Origin: Phoronis australis
Lineage: Eukaryota; Animalia; Phoronida
Assembly: GCA_002633005.1 (NCBI GenBank)
Contig: NMRA01000004.1
Coordinates: forward strand, 1,355,857-1,419,411
Direction: 5' to 3'
Length of the DNA: 63,555 nt
The notes under the pieces are model-generated. The model made no database searches, was not told where the DNA came from, and saw nothing but the letters and a program-made list of their open reading frames with translations. A program made the translations under genes and the position numbers. Shown here piece after piece: positions 13,201 through 25,200 of this stretch; the stretch's first letter is position 1, and each line of letters starts with the position of its first letter.

Positions 13201-16200
13201 GTTCTATTAACAAAGTTACACCAGCCCTCAGGCTGTGACAACATTTCCTAAGCACCACATGAACAAAGTCAGTTAAATTGCAACAGAAGATGGGACTTCG
13301 ATGAAGATGCATCAATAAATAAATATTGTTTTTTAACATTTCAATCAGTTTTTAAGCATTTGGAATTGAAAAGACAAGATTTCAAGAGTTTTCACAGCAT
13401 TTTGAATGTTTTCCACAAACATGTAGAGGTCACTGGCATTTTGCCAAAGTTTCATACTTTTCTTGAGACATCAATTACATTTTTAGAGAATGCAAGTAAT
13501 TTTGGGATTTTTTGTAACCCGATCAAGTATAACGTAGAGAAAATTGCTTTAATTTGAGTTTTAACCATTTGATGCTCAAAACTTAGATCCAGCAACTATA
13601 AAAAACACATTGATAGACCAATCAACTCAAAGGATATGTTCATCCGGTACCAACTGCAGAACTTTCTTATATTTCTCTTCGTCTCCAAGAAAATCTTGCT
13701 TCTTCAGAGCGTACGATGGGAAATTCTTTTCTATTATCTTCAATGCTTCACTGTGAACAAGCCAACATTCAGCTGAATCCGTTAACAGGTAGACGTATAA
13801 ACAGGCAAACAGATACTGAGACAAACATACAATGGAACTTTTTAAATATCAAAGGCGCCAGCATTGAAAGACAGATTCCACAATATTATTCTTGTGAAAA
13901 ACAATTATCACCTTATAACCATACACTTTAGAATAGACTTCATCTTGTAATAATACTTCAGTTTCACCACACGCATAATTGACGAAATGATAATTTTTCT
14001 ATTTTTCAAAAAAAATCAGAATTGACCAAACGTTGTATTATCGGACAGTTGCACTGAACAAAGCAGGGTAATAATAATAAAATAAAATTATCTTGATCTT
14101 TATTTTATTGAATCCACTTGTTCTCTCAGGCTAAATATAAAATGAAATACAACAGTTCAGGAGTAATAATTTTGTTACAAAAGTGTTAATTCATCTGCAA
14201 TAAGTATTCCTGGGACATTTGTGAAGTCTGCTCAAACTGGCTACATGGCAACACTACCAGGAAATATAACGTGACCCTAAAAACCCAAACCTATGAATAT
14301 CTTAATTATTCCTTCTTAAATTCATTTATTGAAAGATTAGTTTATGCACGATCCTTTCACAAATTTTCAAGCAGACGAGTCAGTTTACAAAAGAATTTGA
14401 TACAAGATTTTGTGCCACCCTGTATAAGTCCAAATTTCAAACATAAACAGGTTACTGTCAATATGTGTCTTAGTGTTCAACACAACAGATCTGTGTTAGA
14501 AATATATTCACTATACCTGATTGAAGGGTGAACTTTCTCAGTTAAAACGACTTTGCGGCTAATGTTATCTCCTCCCTGTAACACATTATAAAATTATGTT
14601 TATTGTTATTTATCATTAAATCGTAGTTGCCATGATAGTCCTTAACTTGACAGTTATACATACATGTAGCGCCACGCAAAATTTACATTTTTCAAAATAA
14701 TATGGAACAAGAAATATACAACAGACTACCAGTAACTAAAAGCCCTTATAAGGGCTGTTCCAGCAAAATCTGTATGGGAGGGGGGAAGGCACTTTTATTT
14801 CGTACCCACTGCCCATATTTTTCATTCATTTCTCCAACCCATGACCCATGATTTTTTAATTATTTTAATAGGTTAAAATATAAAATCCAACACTTGCAAA
14901 CAAATTGCCTCCAGGAGGACCCGTTAAGAACTTAGATGATTGACAGACAAGAACTAGTTGTCTTGTCCAATATTGTCTAAAACTAAAATAGCCTGTGAGC
15001 AATACTTTTGGCAGCCACCAGGTGTCTCTGTTCAACATGTGTCTATAATTTCAATGAACATTTTTTTCAATTATAAGGATCTATGTATCTCAAACTGTCT
15101 CCACGAACTCTTTTGTACTTCTATGTCAAGTGAATATTGGAACTTGTTTATCTTACTCCTCATACTTTTTATTTAAAAATCATCAATTTTCTTATATGTG
15201 TTAACACCCGTTTAGTGTTGCATAACTTTTGAATTCAATAGGACTGCAGACAAACAGCTGGCTCAAATCAAGTTGCCCATGACTTGATTAAAGGCTTAGT
15301 GAACAAATTGCACTCTGTTCACTGACAATATGGGCTTTTTGTATTGGGATAAGTTAGGATATATGCCAATTGTTTTTTTTTTGAGTTATGACGGCTGAAG
15401 TAACCAACCTGTAAACATTAACAGGTCAAAAAAATACCACCCATTTTTAATGCATCACTTCTTACAGGAACGACCACCCATAATTTGAGTTTTTTTCTGA
15501 AGACCATCACTCATGAATTTTTATTTCTACTGCCGTCACCCCCCCCTCCCACACGGATTTTACTGGAACAGCCCTAAGATATCATTTTACAATAAATAGA
15601 ACAGCTATCTAATTCACGTTCCTGAGCATGTTCCAGTTGCATTGAGATCAACAAGAGCGAAGTCACCATTAATAAGCAGTACGTTGACTTTTTACCGTAT
15701 GTCTAAGCACACTAAAAAGTAACAAGTGTTCAAGATACCCCCACTGAGTCTACTTGAACAGCAATAAAAGAAGGGATAGAATAAAATACAATACAATAGA
15801 ACACAGCACAAAACTTATAGACATACGTACAAACAGACAGACACATACAGACAGACAAACAAACAAACTAAAGTAAGGATGACAAACGAAGAATAGGACC
15901 AAGGTACTCTATAAAAATCAACTAGAATTATGTGCTTACTTACTTTCATCATAGCCAGAAATGAGTTTCCATATCAAACTATTCTCGTTTGACTGTACAC
16001 ATTTCTTGACACCAATTCAATATAAAGAAAACAGGTCTGCTACCTTGATCACACCGAGGTATTCAGCGATGGCTGTTCGTTCAGCCTGTCCTATTTTTCG
16101 CACTTTCTCGTCACACACCCAACAGTGAACACCGCGACGACCAGAGTAGACCCAGAAAAGGTGTTCAAAACCAAAGTCCTCTGGAAATTGTAAAAATAAT

Positions 16201-19200
16201 TAATGCATACAAAATACCAACAACTGCATTCATGCAGGAATATACTTAGCCACTCGCCCAGTCGCCAATGTGAGTAAAAATAGGGCTGGGAGAGTAGAAG
16301 TTCACTTCCGGCTTGCCAAAGGTGGCGAGTGAATTTTCAGAGCGCAAAAACACTCTATCGTTTCTGAGATGAAAATGAATAAATTTTCTCCTCTTTGTGC
16401 TGTTTTATCATGAATTTAAACTTTAAGTTAAGTTTGGTCTGCGTGTCGATGCTCTGGCAGTTAAAAACATTTGCGCAGTACACTCCTCCAGAGTCAGTAG
16501 ACATTATGCTATTCGTCTAGACAAAAGGTCACAAAGAGTGCAAGGTGTGGAGGGTCCTGCACAAAGGAGGACTAGTCCAAAAGGAAGGAAAAGGGGGTTA
16601 AGGCTTTAGACTGGTCCATGTGCTCAAAGCAAGTGAAATAGAGCCTACCATATTTTTGGAACTGACTTTTTTCTGCAGCGTAATTTCAGCGAAGATTATT
16701 TTATAAATACTGACACTGAAAACACATAAAAATTAAAGTGGTTGTCCTTGTTATCGTTATTAGCAGAATAAAAAATAAAATATCGCAATTTTTAGCTAGA
16801 TTGATCATACATGTATAGAGTGCGGCAATGAGAGTTCCAGGTGCAAATTCTTTTTCCGTATTTTGGTCCAGCCACATGATTTAGCAGTACAGCGCAGTTT
16901 CTCAGTGTGGCAACTGGCATGACAATGCATATTATTCCTATCCCTTGAAAACTGTTCTAGTCCACGCATGAGACAGAATCGTCATACGCACGTTGACTTG
17001 TGCACGACTGGTGCACGTGCTATCGTCTTGTGTGTTCTCATTTTCATTTGTCAAGAATTACAATGTGGCATTTTTTAGAGGGTGTCTAAGCAAACTGCGG
17101 CGCAAAAAAAGAAAATATCATAAGGAAAACGAGAGAAGGCAAGATTTTGAAAATCTGATTGGCAGAAAGGCCGAGTCTGGCTTCAAGACACAGAAGACGG
17201 CGTGCAATTTTAATTAAAATGTAGTTATTGTGTTGGATGACATATTGTCTTGTGCAGCCAGCCAGCTAGCTGTAGGAACACTATTGTCAAAATACTGTTA
17301 GATACCTCTGTGTTGAACTCCGGCAGTCCTCGAAATTGCACACAGCCTGGGTAGTTCTGCTCGTAACCTCAACGTGAAACAAGTATCAACATGTAGAGGT
17401 AAAGACCCAGGGGGTGCATGCAAAATCTAGGAAACAACCGCCACACACCTTGCCCGTTACAGCCGTTTCAATGAAGAACAATCTAATAAACTTCATTTTT
17501 TTGGGTCATTCTCCGCCTTTTGTAACAAAGAAAAGTAAAGGTCGTAGTTTTGAAAACAGCATGCTCGTGCCATTTCCTAAAGTTTTAAGACAGCTCTCGG
17601 GAGAAGATGACAGCAAAATTAGTTCCGAAATTTGGTTTGGTGGTATTAAAATATCAAAAACTTATAATGAAGTGAAACCAATTGCGATAATTTGTTGTGA
17701 CGTGTATGCAACCTCGTAAAAGAACGACAGTTGATTCGAAGAATCGGCAAACAAAGAAACTATGCAATGGGTGACGCAACATTTCATGGTACTGAAAGCT
17801 GACACAGACAGTGCCGCAATTTTAGCAGTAAAACAAATGGTAGAACGCCAATTATTCCAATAATTTAGTGTGCTCAAGGAAGAGAGTAGATCGAGAGTTG
17901 TTTAGATATCAAATGAAGCCTAATTTCCTTGCTTCATTATCATTTTGTCATTTTTGTTTGAAAAAAAAATTGTCACGTAACATTGACGTAATTTAGATGC
18001 TGAACTAAAATCTGCAGCCTATCAATCGGCATATTAAGACTTTTGAATGAGACATTTTGGGAGTTAAAATCGTGTTGCAGTGCTTTACGTAAATAAGACA
18101 TTTGGTTCTGAAGTGATTTTCTTATAATAAATGAACAGTTCACTAATAGATGCATTTACACAACATACGAAAATTCATTCGGGTATGTATTAACTTAGCT
18201 ACCATATTGCCACTCCATTAGAGTCATGGGCATCTGTGCAGAACTGTGCTTATATGTGATACCGTATTGTCTCACCATTAGGCCCATGGACATCAGTGCA
18301 CAACTTAGGCACGTATGCCAATATGCAAACCACTTGGGTAAAAAAACACAAAGAAGGCATTACATTGGATATAGACCCATGCAATACGCCACAGCAACAC
18401 AGTAATACAAAACTGTTTACTAAATTTCTTGAAAAAAGTAAAAAGGAACTCCAAAGATACAGGGGCAAATGTAAAAATGCCACTAGGAGGCAGTGGTAGT
18501 CAAAACAGGTGCACCCGTATGTGAATTGATGTATGGGCCTATGTAAGGGATATTGCCTGAGTTTATACTTGAAAATTAGGCGCATGCCAATATGCAAACC
18601 CCTTGAGTAAAAAAAGGCAACGTAAAAAGGCATCATTTCGGATATAGGCCCATGGGCCTAAAAGTGCGGCAATACGGTAACATCCTAAACTCATAAAACC
18701 ATCTTTAATGTAAGTTATTATTGTAGTTTGACTGTACTGCAGTTGTTATCACAGCAAGAGTTCAACATTTTTTTTTCTAAAATCAAGCAGTTTTCTATCA
18801 ATCCTTATTAAAAATTTAAGCAGTTGTGGTCAACTCACCTCGAAGTGCCCTGTCTACAATTTGAATAGCTATAGTCATCAACGGCCAACATTTAGAGCAT
18901 ATGTCAGCTCCCCTGAAATTAACAGTGGTGTACCAAAATAAAAACAAAATGTCTCAAACAGAGCCAGATTAAGGTCTTGTAGTTTCCCTTAAGTTTTACT
19001 TATTGCAAAAAATATAAATAATGTACGATAACTGGAGTTCAGCTCAGAAAGCGCAACAAAGCATTCTAAGGGGTTAAACACTACATAAAAACTGAGACAC
19101 TTGTAATATGAGCTGCCCCCCAATCATCACAGTTTTCCACCCTCTCCTACAACCACAAATTTCAAACCACCCTTCGGCACATTTTACCCCTACCAATAAA

Positions 19201-22200
19201 TATGATCCAGGAAGATCTTGTTTGTATCTTGCATTGTCCATTATGAGAGTTTCCACAAGGAATAATTTAGCAATCCAATTTTCAACCTAAACGTTAAACA
19301 ATTTTTGTATAGTCATAAAATGTTACCAAATATACATTTGGGCTAACATATTGCATTTTTCTTGTTTCTAAAAATTCTATCAATGACAGCGGTTGCCCAA
19401 CAAAAAACAAGGAGTCGACATGGAAAATCTTTGATTATTATGATAAAATTAGATTACAGGAGGTGTGTACCCAGTTGCAAGAAACAGTCCCAAATAGGGA
19501 CTCACCTATGTTCCCTAATATCTTTTGCGTATTTGTGCACATTTAGTCACAGGCGTAATATTTTACTTCTATCATTTCATGACCTACTCTTTGACTAAAT
19601 GACACTTTTAATAATACAACTGAGTCCAGTGAAAATATATAAAGACTTGGTCCTTAAAGTAGAGACATTGCATGAAAAGATCCCTATTAATTTAATTTTA
19701 ACAATATTTAGATTTCAAAGCGGAGCTAACTCTTGACTTGTATCAAAGTAAAAAAATTGACCTAGTGATGACACTAAAACAGTACAAGAAAGTCCACAAA
19801 TATGCAATAGATTTAGGGTACCTGGTTAAGTTCCTATTTGGGACTGGTTCTTAAGTCCCTATTTGGGACTGGTTCATAAGTCCCTATTTGGGACTGGTTC
19901 TTAAGTCCCTATTTGGGACTGGTTCTTAAGTCCCTATTTGGGACTGGTTCTTAAGTCCCTATTTGGGACTGGTTCATAAGTCCCTATTTGGGACTGGTTC
20001 TTAAGTCCCTATTTGGGATTGCTTCATGCAAGTGGGCACTGATGCCTAAAGAAATAAACGCTTGTTTTCACGTGACAAAGACTTACGAGCAGCAGCTTCT
20101 GACATCATCATAGTCCGTCATATCAATATCAAACACCAGTTCTTTCCCGACAGGTTGGAAGTTGGCCGGTCGAACAGTCTTGTGGTCTTTTGGCTGTCAA
20201 GTAAACCACTTAAAATGAGAGTATGCGTGTACATTCGAAATAGTGACTATGGGTTCCCAGCAAGTGACTGCTATGTTGGGACACAGAATTCTCACTAGGA
20301 TTTTTTACCACCACCAGAGCTCAAAGTTTGAGCCTCGATGATCAACTGTTAGGGCCCTCGCTCACCAGAGGTAAACGGTGCATGTGCCTTCTGAAAAGGG
20401 GAACGTTGATTAGCAGTACCATTCTGTCCCGTCTTTCAAGGAACATGATGATGTACATAAAAATGTGACTGGCTCCAAATGACACCACCTTTAGAAAGGA
20501 ATACCTGAGCAATGCCAGTGAAAATTGAATACATTGCAACATTGTAATTATAATGACAATGAGAATAAAACAATGGTCATGGTAACGACACATTTTAATT
20601 ATGGTGAACTTTCACATCTGTATCCATGTGCAAAAAAACAACAGCATAATATATACACTTCCATCATATAGTCAACTTCATTACGCAACTCTGAATTTAG
20701 AAAATTTTGATCTTATGTCATTTTTTCTCCAGGACAACTTAAAATCTGTTTTCTTCTGATATGGAATTTCATGAAAGTGTCATAGAGAGACATTACCATA
20801 ATGTCCACCAAACCTTACCTTAACCATGAAAACAGCTCCTATATCAATTTTATAAGGACATCTTTTCTGAATTTCTTTTTCCATCTCTGCCTGGTCAACA
20901 AAGGATTGGTAACGAATATACACATCATCTTTGAGAGTGAATGAAAATTCACGATTCTGAAAGTAGCTTTTTGGTGCTGAAAACAAAAGTTTAAATACTT
21001 CAACATCAGTTCCACATAAGTCTCAACAATGACAGTCATTGCCAACGGTGTAAAAATAATACTTCCGAGGTGTATGGTAGTTACTTTCGTTAAAATGCAT
21101 AACTTTCTGAAAATACCGCAAGTGAACAATTTGGCAATTGACCTCTACCATTCTAGGGGTCTGTTGTGTATCGGCAATGCTACTTGTGGTTTTCTTTAGA
21201 ATATAGTCACGCGGTATTTATGCCCACAAGCCACGTGCTCGTCCCCTTCTTGTATTAGTTCTCCAAGTGAATAGACGTATTATAATTTACTCTCATCTGT
21301 GTTGTTTTACTGGTTCTACGAACACAACATTTTGGCGACGAGGATAAAAATGGAAGATCTTGCGATTAAACCATTTATTCTTCATCCCACGGAGTTGGCT
21401 GGTTCCCGTTGGGAATTGTGGATTAAGCGACTTGACAATTATTTGGTGGCAAAGAACATTACTCAGGATCCGCGCAAGAAAGCCACGCTTCTGCACTATG
21501 CGGGGGAGGAAGTCTTTGTCATAAATGATTCTCTTCCTACGGAAGAAAATGAGACATACGACCAATTGAAAAAGAAACTTTCGGACCATTTTTCGCCGAA
21601 GCGGAATACAGAATATGAAGTTTACCAATTCCGACAAGCCACCCAGACCACGTCTGAGACTTTAGATATGTTTTGCGCTCGGTTACGGACGCTTGCGAAA
21701 CATTGCGATTTCGCCGACGTTGATCGGGAGATCAAATCACAGATTATTCAGAAGACTACGATGGAGAAAGTGCGCCATAAAGGACTCACGGAATCTACGA
21801 TTAGCGTTGCGGATTTATTAACTTATGGACGCACACAAGAAGCGGCAAACCAACAAGGGTTGGCGATGGCCCCACAAATTGTAAGTACATGTACTGTTAC
21901 TACGAACCAAGTGCGTGGAAAACAGCCAGTTCCTCACAAACAGCCGTACCGGCACAATCACAAACGTGGGAACCGTGGAAAAGCACAAAAGTGTGTTGGT
22001 TGTGGGGGACAGTGTACGGATCGCCGAAAGTGCCCAGCATGGGGAGAGAAATGTCATCGCTGCGGTATTCTGAATCATTTTCAGTCTCAGTGTCGCTCAA
22101 AACCGACCACAAAGCCTCAACGAGGTAGGGCCAATTCCACGAATTGGCTCGGAAGTGATCAATCAGATCGCTCGATTGTTTACAACAATATGTATCGCAT

Positions 22201-25200
22201 AGACAGCGAGTCCGCACCCAGTGCTGATCCGCCACACATGGTGGACGTTATTATCAATGGCCAGATTGTTTCTATGGAATTAGACACTGGCGCCAAGTTC
22301 AGTGTGGTCAATGAAGATGTGTGGTCAAACATTTGCACAAACAACGAGCCTCTTGTAGACTCTCACGTCATACTTGTCGGCTATGGGGGTGCGGAAGTCC
22401 GGTCACGTGAGGCCGAGGTCAACGTGACTCAAGATAACCAGGAGTATCGACTCCCCCTACTGGTCACAAATTCGGGCCCAAGTCTATTAGGGCGTAATTG
22501 GCTTAATCGTTTGCGGTTGGACTGGAAACGAGTGTACACGGCCACGAATACTGTGCACGAGTTAGCTGTTTTGCAACGTTACGAGGAACTTTTCCGTGAC
22601 GAATTAGGAAAATACACTGGAGGACAGGTGTCTTTGAATGTCAATCCGGAGACCACACCCGTCTACATGAAGGCACGTCCAGTCCCATATGCTTTACGTG
22701 AAAAAGTCGAATTGGAGTTGAACCGATTAATCAACGATGGGGTGTTGAAGTCAGTGAGCTCGTCGGAGTGGGCTACGCCCGTGGTTCCCGTGTTGAAAAA
22801 CTCGGGCGACGTTCGCATTTGTGGTGATTATCGTTCCACGTTGAACAAAGCTGGATTGGTTGATAAGTACCCTATTCCACGAATAGACGATTTATTTACC
22901 AAACTTGCCGGTGGTCAGATTTATTCTAAGCTGGACTTAAGTCACGCATATCAACAGTTGGAGCTAACTGAACCTTCTCAAAAGTTAACTACCCTCAACA
23001 CTCTGAGTCATGGATTACTAGCTTATACCCGCGTTCCGTTCGGGATATCCTCTGCCCCCGGCCTGTTTCAGCGTACCATGGAACAGGTAGTGCGAGGTAT
23101 TCCTATGTGCACTGTGTATCTAGACGACATTTTGGTGGCTGGTCGTAACGCGGCTGAGCATAAAGCCAACCTGGAACAGGTTTTGGAACGCCTGAAGAAC
23201 AACGGGTTCCGTTTGAAGAGAGAAAAATGCGTGTTCAACCAAACGTCGGTCACTTACTTGGGACACCGTCTGGACGGGGCAGGCATACGCCCCACGAAAG
23301 AGAAAGTCACGGCGATTGTGCAGGCACCCGCTCCGCGCAACGTATCGGAGTTACGCTCGTACGTTGGATTGCTGAATTACTACCACAAGTTTCTGGACAA
23401 TGCCAGTTCTGTTTTGGCACCACTCTACGCCTTGCTACGCAACGGTGTCAAATGGCGTTGGGGCAAACGCGAATCCGACGCGTTTCAACATTCAAAACGT
23501 TTGTTAACATCCACGAATTTGCTTGTTCATTATCAACCGGAATATCCTTTGTTGTTGAGCTGCGATGCTTCACCCTACGGTGTTGGCGCGGTATTATCAC
23601 ACGTCTTGGAAGACAGTTCTGAAAGACCAATAGCGTTTGCTTCTCGGACATTAGCACCAGCTGAGAAGAATTATGCACAGATTGATCGCGAAGCATTGGC
23701 TATCATCTTTGGGGTGAAACACTTCCACAGTTATTTGTATGGACGTAATTTCACAATAGTAACGGACCATTTGCCTCTTTTAGGGATTTTACGTGAGGGC
23801 ACCGCCATACCGGCTATGTGTAGCTCACGTATGAAACGATGGGCCCTAATGTTGTCAGGTTATAACTACGTTTTACGACACAAGTCTGGACAGTCTAACG
23901 GCAACGCCGACGCACTTAGTAGACTGCCGCTGGAGTGTAAACCATTTCAGGTGCCCGTGCCTGAGGAAGTGGTTTTGTCGTTAACTCAGATGGATTTTAC
24001 GCCTGTCACTGTATCCAAGATACAGCGCTGGACACAACAAGACCCGATTACGTCGGCTGTGTACCGTTGTGTCTTGCAAGGTTTTCCTGACACTGCGAAC
24101 GATTTGATTGCCCAGTATTTCTCCCGTCGACATGAACTTACGGTTCAGGACGGATGTTTATTATGGGGAGCGCGTGTTATCATACCTCCTCAGGGGCGTA
24201 CCGCCTTATTGGATGAATTACACGGTTCACATCCCGGTATCGTCCGAATGAAGAACTTGGCACGTTCTTACATTTGGTGGCCGTCTATCGATGTGGACAT
24301 CGAACAGTGTGTTCGGCAATGCCAGTCGTGCAAGGAAAATACCCAGTCGCCACAGCACGCCAAAGTTCACCCTTGGGAGTGGCCTGGAGTACCATGGCAC
24401 CGAATTCATATCGACTATGCAGGTCCAATGAAGAACGGGAAATACATTCTTGTAATTGTGGACGCTCACAGTAAATTTATCGACGCGTACATCACCGACA
24501 GTACTTCAACCGAGGCAACAGTCAGGAAATTACGTCAGTGCTTTGCCACGCATGGACTGCCCGTAATGATTGTGTCTGACAACGGTTCTGGTTTCGCCAG
24601 TGCTGATTTTGCCAAGTTCTGTCGGAACAATGGTATTAAACATACGTTTAGTGCGCCGTACCACCCTGCGAGTAATGGTGCGGCCGAGGCTGCGGTTAAA
24701 ATCGTCAAGACCGGAATGGCCAGGTTGGAAGGCGACATGGAAACCCGCCTTTACACATTCTTAGCGCGTCATCGCATTACACCACACTCTGCGACAGGTA
24801 GACCACCCGCAGAATTATTAATGTCGAGGAGGCCGCGTTCACGTTTGGACTTAGCTGTGCCGGACCTCAGACAGCGTGTTCTACAGAAACAGTCAAGTGC
24901 GCAACGCGCACACGACACACGTGACTTTTGCGTTGGAGATACGGTACTTGTGAGAAACTTCGCCGGCTCACCCACCTGGGTCCCTGGTATGATCATAGAA
25001 CAACGAGGACCCGTGTCATTCTCGGTGGAGTTGTCCGATAAACGGATTTGGAGGCGTCACGTAGACCACATAGTACGACGCACACCGGAAGACAACCCAT
25101 CTTCAACCACGTTTGGCCCACCGCCAAGTAACTTACCGCCGCCACAAGCCTTCGTACCACCAACTCGGTTGATGGAACAACCTTCTACGCATGTGGTCGA

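Noticed and set aside
19827-20026. CRISPR-like array of palindromic repeats
   Set aside because: Units are head-to-tail with no unique spacers, there are no cas genes, the context is a eukaryotic intron, and the unit derives from a MITE end.
21299-21349. N-terminal extension of gag-pol in the ORF track
   Set aside because: It starts at a non-ATG codon inside the LTR and crosses the PBS; the first ATG is at 21350.
21293-24996. Short antisense and alternative-frame ORFs within the retrotransposon
   Set aside because: Expected shadows of a long coding frame; no env-like or other recognisable features.
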